Below are positions 11,626 through 22,900 of a stretch of DNA of 64,000 nucleotides, piece by piece (the stretch's first letter is position 1; each line of letters starts with the position of its first letter). The translations under genes and the position numbers were made by a program. The stretch comes from Candidatus Tenderia sp. Lineage in GTDB: Bacteria; Pseudomonadota; Gammaproteobacteria; Tenderiales; Tenderiaceae. Below the pieces are notes generated by a model. The model was not told the DNA's origin. It was given only the letters and a program-made list of their open reading frames with translations, and did no database searches. The stretch covers positions 22,376 through 86,375 of the forward strand of contig JANOSY010000088.1 in assembly GCA_031416075.1 (NCBI GenBank), in the 5' to 3' direction.

Positions 11626-11953
11626 TAGAAACAGCTCCAATAACATTCCGGGCGGCCCGCACCAACTCATCCAACCCCTGTTTGTAACCCTTCATCTGCT
11701 GGACAAACGGCTCGTCAGGCACGGCATCAAGGGCGGCATCAAGGGCCTGGTTCACTGCCAGACGGGATGGCTCAATCCGCTCCCCTTTCAGCAGACGCAT
11801 CACACAACCAGCAATGTGGCTATCGTACGCCACCAGACCAGACTTCAGCCCGGCGGTGGCCACTGTCGCCCCGCTCGGAAAGGGGCGCTGCTGATGTATT
11901 CCAAACAGCCGCTCAAGCTCGCTCATATCTGCATCTGCGCTAGAGGTCGCCAT
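11618..11953 (-). CDS. Putative immunity protein
   Basis: 111-aa helical ORF overlapping the stop of the upstream toxin-like gene; RPFP...YDSHIAG motif; call is positional. Confidence 0.55.
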   Translation of the reverse strand: MATSSADADMSELERLFGIHQQRPFPSGATVATAGLKSGLVAYDSHIAGCVMRLLKGERIEPSRLAVNQALDAALDAVPDEPFVQQMKGYKQGLDELVRAARNVIGAVSNG

Positions 11954-14391
11954 CAGCTGTACCAGAACGAGTAGATGGCACCGGTTGGGGTGAAGGTGCC
12001 CCCCGGTGGACCCTGGATTTTTCTGCTGCTACGCCCCTCCTCATCTGTCCAGGCAAAATCACCGCCACCGCCCCAACAGGCCTGGGCATCCTGGGTATAC
12101 TGCTCAACACTCTGTCCGGCCCCATGTTTGTTGTGATGGTAGAAGATGCTCTCCATGGCATTGGTAAATGAACCTTGGCTCCAGCCCCCCTTGGAGAGGT
12201 GGGCACCCACAAGAACCGGCAGATTTTTACCCGGATGGGCCTGAATCAACCCCTTCAACACATCAATGCCATCACCATTACCCAAGTTCAATTGGTGATA
12301 GGCCGCAAGTACGGCGGTCGGGGTGGTGCTGCTATTGCTTACCATACTCCGAATCACTGCATCAGAGGCCAGACCCAACAAGGTGATCATGTCGGCCACC
12401 ACATACCCCTTTGTCACCAGCCACTCCTCAAGCACATGTGCAGTAAAACCATCAGGGCGCGCAAGCAGGATTCTAAGCTGGGTAGAGTCGGCCTTGGTAT
12501 ACAGCTTCAACAGGGTTGCCGGATTGGGTTCATTAAAATCAACACGATCCAGCAGGAATACCAGATCGTCAGTGCTCCCTTTTTTGAGGAGTTTGGTGAG
12601 CTGTGCCTGGCTGACCTTGTCGCCAATCAGGCCGAGCAACGCCTCACTATCCTCAAGATTGCCTGCGCCGTGGGTAAGCGCCCAGGCGCTCATCTCCACG
12701 CCATGGGCATTACAGAAAGTAGTTAATTTTTTGACCGATACCTGTCCGACGGTGACGGCACGGTGCAACGCATCCAGGGCGTCGCCAAAAGGGAGCTGTG
12801 TATTCAAAAAATTGATGATCTCCGCTCCCTCTGCTGGCGCGGCGGCCATAGCGCTGGCCACCTTCAGGAGCTGGGGTGTCGCAACCCTGGCCGTAAGCTG
12901 ATAACTGGCCACACTACGCGCTATCAGGGGGTCACAACCGGCCTGAATGGCAATCTCCAGCGCCTGTTGCAAGGTGGCAATGCCCGTGGCTACAGAGGTG
13001 AGTCCTATGGCCCACTGCGCCCGATCCCGCTGGTCAAGCCCTGTCAACTGCGCACTGGTTTGCAACGCCGCCAGGGCCTCGGCAACCGGCTCCCGGCCAC
13101 TAGCCAGCTGTAACGTCCAGCCCGCAAGTTCAACCCCGAGGCTGACACTCCAGCTGACCATAAACCCGCTCATCTCATCATGGCGCTGCTTTTTAAGGCC
13201 CGGTTTCTGGCCATCGGCACCGGTAATCTTCGTCTCCTCCAGCAGAATATTCGCCTGCCCCTGAGTCCGGCCATCACTGTCAATTCTCCAGCCATTGACG
13301 CGGTCATCGTACGCCCCCTTCTTCTCCTTTTTTCCACGTACAGGCTTGCTGCCCGGATCAGCGGGAAGTCCGCTCTCCAGCCGCAGCTTCTCGGTCTGGG
13401 CATCCTGCTTGATCTTGTCCACCCCCTCCTGCGCGAGGGTATCGGACTGGCTTTCAGACCACCCCTCCAGCGCAAGGTCATAACCCCAAGTAGCCAACGT
13501 GGTCATACGCCCCGCAGCCGCGCTGATATCAAATCCCTCTTCACTCAGCACCTGCTCAGAGACCACATCCGCCTTTGGATTGGCGCTGTAACTCGTCAGA
13601 TACAGGGCAACATTAGCAGCGCTGGCAGCACTATTATGGACCAGTGGACAGGCACGATTCACAAGTGCGGCGGCACCACCGCCCGCCACCTGCAGCAGCT
13701 GTCCGAGTGCAACAAGCTGTGGCACCGCCTGATCAACCCCGCCACACCGCGTACCCAACAGCAGTACCAGCTCCGCCAATGACGGACTATTGTTGGCCGC
13801 AGTCAGGGCCGTGAGCGCGGGCTGAAGCGCGGCATGTGCAGGCACGGCCGCCACGGAGAGCTGCCCGCCAAGCTGGATGAGATTACGGATGTTGGCACCG
13901 AGGGTATCGCCATCGGTGCTGGGGGCGGTCAGGCAGTCGTTATCCAGCTGGGTTCGCAGGGCATTCCAGTTGCTCACCGCCGGGTTGCCCAACTCCAGCA
14001 GCAGGCGGGCGGGCCAATGTTGTTGTAGTGTACTGAAGTCAGTACTGGCCTGCTGCACAGCCACTTGACCTAGAATAGTGGTTTTTCGATTGGCAACGAT
14101 CATCTGGGCGCGGGTCAAGTCGAGCGGGGTGCCACGACGCTGAAGGGGGGCCTCCCGTAGCTGCAAGGCGCTGCCAAAGGTACGGGAGAGCTGCTGGCGC
14201 TGGGCCACCATGCCAGGGCTGGCATGAATACTGGCGGCCAACCGACGCTGGGCAGTGGCGGCGGGGCGATTATCAACAAACAGGGGGTTCGCTGATGGTA
14301 CACGGGCATCCTCAGGCTCAGATGCCGGATGGCGGTTCTGCCGCTCTGTTGATCTCTGTCCTGAATCCCGCATCCTGCGCCCACCATTCAT
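11953..14391 (-). CDS. Putative polymorphic toxin / contractile-injection-system effector-like protein with C-terminal nuclease-like tip
   Basis: N-terminal FVDNRPAATAQRRL...SPGMVAQR leader; C-terminal WSQGSF..S..YHHNKHG...Y...A...GG.FT..G.I.SFWY resembling Rhs toxin tips. Confidence 0.55.
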   Translation of the reverse strand: MNGGRRMRDSGQRSTERQNRHPASEPEDARVPSANPLFVDNRPAATAQRRLAASIHASPGMVAQRQQLSRTFGSALQLREAPLQRRGTPLDLTRAQMIVANRKTTILGQVAVQQASTDFSTLQQHWPARLLLELGNPAVSNWNALRTQLDNDCLTAPSTDGDTLGANIRNLIQLGGQLSVAAVPAHAALQPALTALTAANNSPSLAELVLLLGTRCGGVDQAVPQLVALGQLLQVAGGGAAALVNRACPLVHNSAASAANVALYLTSYSANPKADVVSEQVLSEEGFDISAAAGRMTTLATWGYDLALEGWSESQSDTLAQEGVDKIKQDAQTEKLRLESGLPADPGSKPVRGKKEKKGAYDDRVNGWRIDSDGRTQGQANILLEETKITGADGQKPGLKKQRHDEMSGFMVSWSVSLGVELAGWTLQLASGREPVAEALAALQTSAQLTGLDQRDRAQWAIGLTSVATGIATLQQALEIAIQAGCDPLIARSVASYQLTARVATPQLLKVASAMAAAPAEGAEIINFLNTQLPFGDALDALHRAVTVGQVSVKKLTTFCNAHGVEMSAWALTHGAGNLEDSEALLGLIGDKVSQAQLTKLLKKGSTDDLVFLLDRVDFNEPNPATLLKLYTKADSTQLRILLARPDGFTAHVLEEWLVTKGYVVADMITLLGLASDAVIRSMVSNSSTTPTAVLAAYHQLNLGNGDGIDVLKGLIQAHPGKNLPVLVGAHLSKGGWSQGSFTNAMESIFYHHNKHGAGQSVEQYTQDAQACWGGGGDFAWTDEEGRSSRKIQGPPGGTFTPTGAIYSFWYS

Positions 14392-14460
14392 TACCGTGAA
14401 GAGATATCAAATCTCCGCTATACGTTAGTCACCACATCAGGGCGACAGATCAGCACCCGT

Positions 14461-16032
14461 TCACTCCCACTCGATGGTGCCGGGCGGTTTACCGGTAATG
14501 TCATAGACAACCCGTGAGATACCGGCCACTTCGTTCACAATACGGCGCGATACATGGTCGAGAAAAACGTAGGGCAGATGAGCCCAGCGGGCAGTCATAA
14601 AATCGACGGTCTCAACGGCACGCAGTGCCACCACATATTCGTAACGACGACCGTCCCCGGTAACACCAACGGATTTGACTGGCAGAAAGACCGCAAACGC
14701 CTGGGATGTTTTGTCGTACAGCTCATGTTTACGCAGCTCTTCGATGAAGATGTGGTCCGCCAGACGCAGAATATCCGCGTACTGCTTTTTCACTTCACCC
14801 AGGATGCGCACCCCCAGACCGGGACCAGGGAATGGGTGACGATAGACCATCTCGTAGGGCAGTCCCAGCTCAACACCCAGCTTCCGCACCTCATCCTTAA
14901 ACAGCTCACGCAGCGGTTCCAGCAGCTTGAGCTTCATATTCTCCGGCAGACCGCCCACGTTATGGTGCGATTTGATGACATGGGCCTTGCCATTTTTAGA
15001 ACCCGCCGACTCAATCACATCGGGGTAGATGGTCCCTTGCGCCAGCCACTTGGCTGAGGTGAGTTTGTGCGACTCTTCATCAAAGATCTCCACAAACAGG
15101 TTGCCGATCACTTTACGTTTCTTCTCGGGATCACTGACACCCGCCAGGGCATCCAGAAAACGCTGCTCCGCATCAACACGGATCACCTTGACGCCCATAT
15201 GCTGGGCGAAGGTCGCCATCACCTGATCCCCTTCGTTGTAGCGCAACAGGCCATTATCCACAAAGACACAGACCAGCTGTTTGCCAATCGCCTTGTGCAG
15301 CAGCGCCGCCACTACCGAGGAGTCAACACCACCAGAAAGCCCCAGGATCACCCCATCACTACCGACCTGCTCACGAATAGAGGTGATAGCCGCCTCCGCG
15401 ATATTGTCCGAGGTCCAGCTAGCACCACAGCCACAGATCTCATGCACAAAACGCTCGAGGATGCGCTGCCCCTGACGGGTATGGGTCACCTCGGGGTGAA
15501 ACTGGACGCCGTAAAAATGACGCGCCTCATCGGCCATGCCGGAGATGGGGGCAGATTCAGTGGAGGCCATCAGTCTAAAGCCCGGCGGAATCACCACCAC
15601 ACGGTCGCCATGGCTCATCCAGACATCAAGAATGCCGTGCCCCTCATCCGTCGACTGGTCTTCAATATCATTTAACAGCGCCGTATGGCCAAAGGCACGC
15701 ACTTCGGCGTAGCCGTACTCGTGGTGATCCGCATTTTCAACCCGCCCCCCCAGCTGCACCGCCATGGTCTGCATCCCGTAACAGATGCCAAAAACCGGCA
15801 CCCCCAGCTCAAATACCAACGCCGGTGCGGTCGGGGCATCGGTCGCTACGGTGCTCTCCGGTCCACCGGAGAGGATGATTCCCTTGGGGGCAAAGGCACG
15901 AATATCGGCCTCAGCCATATCCCACGGATGCAATTCACAATAGACCCCCGCTTCACGCACACGGCGACCAATCAGCTGGGTGTACTGAGAACCAAAATCG
16001 AGAATCAAAATACGATCAGAGTGGATATTCAT
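14461..16032 (-). CDS. guaA: GMP synthase (glutamine-hydrolysing)
   Basis: [41 protein letters not shown]. Confidence 0.98.
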   Translation of the reverse strand: MNIHSDRILILDFGSQYTQLIGRRVREAGVYCELHPWDMAEADIRAFAPKGIILSGGPESTVATDAPTAPALVFELGVPVFGICYGMQTMAVQLGGRVENADHHEYGYAEVRAFGHTALLNDIEDQSTDEGHGILDVWMSHGDRVVVIPPGFRLMASTESAPISGMADEARHFYGVQFHPEVTHTRQGQRILERFVHEICGCGASWTSDNIAEAAITSIREQVGSDGVILGLSGGVDSSVVAALLHKAIGKQLVCVFVDNGLLRYNEGDQVMATFAQHMGVKVIRVDAEQRFLDALAGVSDPEKKRKVIGNLFVEIFDEESHKLTSAKWLAQGTIYPDVIESAGSKNGKAHVIKSHHNVGGLPENMKLKLLEPLRELFKDEVRKLGVELGLPYEMVYRHPFPGPGLGVRILGEVKKQYADILRLADHIFIEELRKHELYDKTSQAFAVFLPVKSVGVTGDGRRYEYVVALRAVETVDFMTARWAHLPYVFLDHVSRRIVNEVAGISRVVYDITGKPPGTIEWE

Positions 16033-16111
16033 GTCAGATATGCTTCGCTGAAAAGGGGTCTGTTACAGCAGGTGCAACGCATAGCGCGCCACACCTGCCC
16101 CACGTGTGGAA

Positions 16112-17587
<1,476 letters not shown>

Positions 17588-17710
17588 TTAAAAGAGCGAA
17601 ATTATACGTCGCCAATGCCCTTTTGGTAAAGAGTGGGGCCCTGACCTTCGTGCCTACCCATGTTTACCCCCTAAAAAGCCACTCAGTCACCACTACCGCA
17701 AGAACAAATA

Positions 17711-17723
17711 GTCACATTGTGAC
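17711..17723. promoter_or_regulatory. Perfect palindrome GTCACA-T-TGTGAC, candidate enhancer-binding-protein site
   Basis: 13-bp palindrome about 290 bp upstream of the sigma54 motif; TGACAC repeated near 17815-17830. Confidence 0.45.
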
Positions 17724-17749
17724 AATTTTTGGCGCTCGCAATAAAAATA

Positions 17750-17762
17750 CAACTGGTTGATT
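17750..17762 (-). promoter_or_regulatory. IHF-binding consensus site
   Basis: Reverse complement AATCAACCAGTTG matches WATCAANNNNTTR; near-match GATCAATCAGTTA at about 17874-17886. Confidence 0.5.
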
Positions 17763-18009
17763 TTATTTATTTTTATAAAACAGTGGCAGCTATCTCAAAA
17801 AAACAAAACAAATGTGACACTTCATGACACCTTTGTGGCTCTTTTCAACATCAAACACCTTTAATTCACTGAAGATCAATCAGTTATCTAACGCATTAAC
17901 ATTAAAAAAAATTAATAATCTTATCCCGCCTCAAAGCAAAGCTGCAGCCGATACAAAAAACCGTCCTATCTCATTGATTTTATATTTATTTACAACAAAA
18001 ACCACAAAA

Positions 18010-18025
18010 TGGCTCATATATTGCT
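18010..18025 (+). promoter_or_regulatory. sigma54 (-24/-12) promoter of the DUF11 operon
   Basis: TGGCTC-ATATA-TTGCT matches TGGCAC-N5-TTGCW with exact spacing. Confidence 0.65.
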
Positions 18026-18137
18026 TTATATAGATTGAGTAAAAACAGTCGGAACAGCACCCATGTCATCCCCAGCAGTAGAACGCCAGAAACAGATATC
18101 CATGACACAGGAAAAACAACCTCAAGGAGCACTACAC

Positions 18138-18620
18138 ATGAAGATAGGCAATCTCATCACCCTACTACTGCTGGCACTGTCAGGCATCGGAGCAGCATTG
18201 GCCGACGGCGGCATTGAACTCACCATGGTCGCTCAGGAGCAGATCATCAGCCAGGATGCCAATGGCAAACAGGTAATCACCCTAACCAACCCCGCCTCTG
18301 TTGTGCCCGGCGACACCATTGTCTACACCACCCACTACCGCAACAAGGGCAAAGTAATTGCGGAAAACGTGGTGATCACCAATCCCATCCCCAGCGACAC
18401 CGCCTATATCACCCACAGCGCTTCCCAGGCAAATGCCAGCGTCAGTTACTCCGTGGATGGTGGCAAGCAGTTTGATACTCCGGCCAACCTGACCATCACC
18501 GGCAGCGACGGCAAACCACGCCCCGCCACCGCCAATGACTACAGCCATATTCGCTGGACCCTGAAAAGCATCGCGCCCGACGCCAGTGGCAGTGTCAATT
18601 TTCACGCCCTGGTGCGCTAA
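18138..18620 (+). CDS. Small secreted DUF11-like protein (putative periplasmic chaperone)
   Basis: AAGGAG SD, signal peptide ending ALA, VVPGDTIVYTTHYRNKG..AENVVITNPIP DUF11 pattern. Confidence 0.75.
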   Translation: MKIGNLITLLLLALSGIGAALADGGIELTMVAQEQIISQDANGKQVITLTNPASVVPGDTIVYTTHYRNKGKVIAENVVITNPIPSDTAYITHSASQANASVSYSVDGGKQFDTPANLTITGSDGKPRPATANDYSHIRWTLKSIAPDASGSVNFHALVR

Positions 18621-18837
18621 GCCAAACAGACAATGAGGCATTTAAACATGGACCGCAACCCACCCACCAACAGCGCCTGCCGGGCGTTTTGTGACATTAA
18701 GATCCTGGCCCGAATCCGCGGATCACCGCACTGACGACCACCATTGTTTCAATCTGACACGCAATAGAAGTTATCAGATGGGCGCGCGGGAAGTGCGCCA
18801 ACCGAATCAGGGAAGATCCAGACAGGAGATTACGAGG

Positions 18838-19899
18838 ATGAATAAAATACAAACTAACCACAAAAGGCTCAGCATCGGCGTTGCCGGTTTGATGATTATG
18901 GCCGCATCACCACACGCCCTGGCGTTAACCGCCTCCGGCACCAACATCAGCAACAGTGCAACTGTCAATTATAATGTCTCGTCCACCCCACAGACCGCCA
19001 TCACCAGCAATACTGAAACATTTATGGTCGACGCCAAGGTGGATCTGACCGTTGCCGGCACAGGGGGCAATATCAACGTCACCCCCGGCACCACCGCACA
19101 GGTGTTGAAATTCACCGTCACCAATACTGGCAACGAGGCGTTTGACTACGCCTTAAGCGCTGTGGCAGGGACCTTGAACTTCACCCCCACCAACGTCGCC
19201 ATCTACGTGGATGATGGCGATGGTATCCGTAATGGCGCTGATACATTGACCAGCACCATCACCAATCTGGCAGCAGGCCTCGGCAAGGTGGTCTTTATCC
19301 AGGCCGACATCCCCGCCGGTGCCACCAATACCCAGACGGCCAGCTACAACCTGAAGGCAGTGGCTGCCCTGGCCAGTGCGGCCGGGCCCATTCCTGCGGA
19401 AGCGGCTAACGTCAAAACCACCAAGCAGTATGTCTATGCCGACGGTGCTGGCAGTGCCCCAGGGGATGCCACACGGGACAAGACCCACTCCACCAGTCTG
19501 ACCTACACGGCGGTCACCTCATCCCTGACCATCAGCAAAGCATCCGCCGTGGTCTGGGATCCGGTCAATCTCGGTGTCAGCCCGCTGCATATCCCCGGCG
19601 CAGTGGTGGAATACACCATCACCATCAGTAACGGTGCCGGTGGCGCTCAGGCCGATGCCATTGTGCTCACCGATACCCTGGCAGCCAATCTGACCATCCC
19701 CCCTACCAGCAATAACTTTGCTGCTGGCAGGTCGATGCAGATCACCTCACCCAACCTTTACTCGGGTGCGGCAACGGCCCTGACTGACGCCAGTGATGCG
19801 GATCAGGGGACGGTGGCCGGGCAGCTGGTGACCGTCAACGGCATTGTGTTGACGGCCGGACAGTCGGCAACCGTCAAAATCAGGGCTGAAATTCAGTAA
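18838..19899 (+). CDS. Secreted DUF11-domain protein (putative major fimbrial shaft subunit)
   Basis: Strong SD, signal peptide ending HALA, N-terminal GTNISNSATVNY, C-terminal LTISK...IPGAVVEYTITISN...VLTDTL domain. Confidence 0.8.
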   Translation: MNKIQTNHKRLSIGVAGLMIMAASPHALALTASGTNISNSATVNYNVSSTPQTAITSNTETFMVDAKVDLTVAGTGGNINVTPGTTAQVLKFTVTNTGNEAFDYALSAVAGTLNFTPTNVAIYVDDGDGIRNGADTLTSTITNLAAGLGKVVFIQADIPAGATNTQTASYNLKAVAALASAAGPIPAEAANVKTTKQYVYADGAGSAPGDATRDKTHSTSLTYTAVTSSLTISKASAVVWDPVNLGVSPLHIPGAVVEYTITISNGAGGAQADAIVLTDTLAANLTIPPTSNNFAAGRSMQITSPNLYSGAATALTDASDADQGTVAGQLVTVNGIVLTAGQSATVKIRAEIQ

Positions 19900-19904
19900 C
19901 GCTG

Positions 19905-22900
19905 ATGTCCTGCACTGTTGTAAGGGCAATCACAGCTCTCTGTCCCGGCCCACTGGCCGGGCAGCGGGCCCCCTTACACCTTTATATAACAACCCTTCTT
20001 GGATTCCTGGTACTGCTCTGGTCAACCACGACCCTGGCCGTCCCCCCTGGCACCATCATCAGCAACGTTGCCAGCATCAATTACACCATTGGCGGCCTAC
20101 CCGGTCTGCCACTCAGCTCCAACATCGATCAATTTACCGTGGTCGCCGCCGCCAATACGGTGGATGGCACCATGAGTGTGGCCGCGCCAGGCGGTAATCT
20201 ATATGCCGGTTCGCCCCGCGCCACCACCATCACCCTTAACAATACCGGCACCACCCTGCTGAACAATCAACAACTTACCATTACCGCACCGCTTAACAGC
20301 CAAGTAACACTGACCGGCAGTGGGGTCACGCTGGCCGCTTCCATGAGCAGCAGCACTACCACCACCTACATTTTTAACGTGGCAGATCTACCGGTTGCTG
20401 GCAGTCAGGACCTCCAGCTGGTACTGACCGCAGCCCCCACCGCTGTCAGCCGCCCCCAGACATTCACCGTTGCACACAGTGTTGATGGCACAACACTCCA
20501 GCAGCAATCCCTGACACTGAGCGCCTTGCCACGCACGGCGGCCAGACTGGAGATTCTGCAACACTCCCTCAGTAACAGGGCACTCTCGGCCATCGTCAAT
20601 TCCACGCTGATCCGGGGGGAGAGCGGTACCTTTACCCCCATTGCGCCGCCGACACTGCCGGAGGCACCAGACCGGCTAGTGACCGACAGCCCCATCACAC
20701 TGGAGCCTGCCAACGTATTCAGTAATATCCAGACGCTTTTTATCCGGGTCACCGATCTGGATCAAAATCTCGACAGTACGGTTCAGGAGAGTCTCGACAT
20801 CACCATCAAGCTGCCCGATCGAGACGACTATGTCACGCTGCGAATCCTCGAAACCGGCATCGCAACCGGCATCTTCAGCGGTTACGTCACCTTTGAAAAA
20901 AACAGCGCCACCAGCAGTGGCGCGCTACCGGTCAAAAGCAATTCCAAGCTGCTGGTCAGCTATACCGATACGATCGATGGTGACGACAGTGTCGCCGAGA
21001 CCGTGCTGATCGACCCCTACGGCGTGGTATTTGACAGCGCCACCGGCCAGCCACTGGATGGTTACACCGTACAGATGGTCAACACCGATACCGGCCTGCC
21101 CGCCACGGTCTATGGCGATGACGGTGTCAGCAGCTACCCCGCCACCGTGATCACCGGCAGCCCGGTGACCGACAGCAGTGGCAACCTCTACAGCTACAAT
21201 ACCGGCGAGTACCGTTTTCCACTGGCCCCAGCGGGTAATTACAGACTGGTCGTCACCTCACCCAGCAGTGCCCAGTATCGCTGGCCCTCAACCCAGTCAA
21301 CCGAACAACTCCATAACCTCTCCCGCAGCAACCTTGCCATCACCCTCGGCTCGCGGGGTGAGCGCTTCCCGCTGCTGCCAGGACCACCGCTGCATATTGA
21401 TATTCCTGTGGATCCGCTCACCACCCAGCTCTACCTCCAGCGCAGTGCCAACCGCGAGAGTGTCGCGACGGGTGACCTGATCCGCTACAGCGTCCAGGTT
21501 GAGAACAGCACCGCCACCACCCTCAACGATGTGGTGCTGACCGAGTCCCTGCCCCACGGTTTCCGCCTGGAGCCAGGCTCCATCAACATGGACAACAACC
21601 CGCAACAACCCGCCACCATTGAGCCACAAGGTACAACCTTCACCCTGAATCTCGGTGCCATGATCGCCGGTGAGCGCCGCCAGATCCGCTACGTCAGCGC
21701 CGTGGGTGCAGCACGCCAAGGACTGGCCAGCAGCAGTAGCCACGCCCGCGCCAACAGCGGTGCCGCCAACTCCAACCACGCCAGACACGATGCCATGGTG
21801 TTTGATGAGTTGATGCGTGGCCGCGCCCTGCTGCTCGGGCAGGTCATTATCAACCCCACCGACAACGACCCCACCCCCGCCAGCGGCTTAAAAGGGGTGC
21901 GTATCTATATGGAAGATGGCCGTTACGCCATCAGCGATGAACGGGGCATGTTCCATTTTGACAACCTCACCCCCGGCAACCATCTAGTACAGCTCGATAC
22001 CGCCACCCTGCCAGACCACTATTCGCTGGTGATGGGCGACCAGGACACACGCAACGCCCACAGCCCCAGCTCGCAATTTATCGACCTGCAGGGCGGCACA
22101 CTCTGGCGTACAGAGTTCCACGTTGCCCGCAAGCCCACCCCCACGGGGGCGCTATCACTGCAACTCAGCAACACCGCACCCGACAGCCAAGGCAACATCC
22201 CCTATCAGGTAACGCTGGAGAACCGGGGTGTCAGCGCCAGCAACCTGCGGTTAACACTCATGATCCCCGCCACCACCCACTACCAGCCCGGCAGCAGCCA
22301 CGTTGGCGGCCACCCCGTTGGCGATCCTGATATTGTCGGCAACGTGCTCATTTATCGCCTGAACAACGACCACCCAAGCGGTGGCTGGCAACGTCAGCTC
22401 CACCTCACCCTGCAGGGCGACACTGGCAATAGTGCCAGTGGTGACAGCCGCGAATTGACCACCAAGGCGTCACTCCAGTTTGATACCCCCGCCCAGCAGA
22501 ACCAGCGCCTGCCACTGCTGCAACATACCTTTACACTCACCACGGAACAGGTCAAACAGGGGGAACAGAAGGTCCTGGCCGAAAGCCTCACCCTCGACAA
22601 CTTCAACGGCAGCAGCAATGACCTCAGCGAGGAGCATAAAACAGTCGTGCAACAGCTGGCAGAACGCTGGGCCGGCCAGGATATCCACATCCACGCCATC
22701 GGCCACAGCGACAGCCGGGACATTATTCAGAAGGAGAAGGAGGACCAGCGCCTGTTTGCCAACAACCAGATCCTCTCTGAATATCGCGCCCATGAGGTCG
22801 CTAACCAGCTCCGCCAGCAGCTCTCCCTGCCAGCCAACCGCATCTCCTTTGAAAGCAAAGGGGAGGACGAACCTGTCGCCAGTAATGCCACATCGGCGGG

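Noticed and set aside
11100-14480. guaA-integrated mobile element
   Set aside because: No integrase and no duplicated guaA 3' end (att) found by eye
18621-18837. c-di-GMP riboswitch before the shaft gene
   Set aside because: Class I/II consensus nucleotides not recognisable; kept only as a generic structured leader
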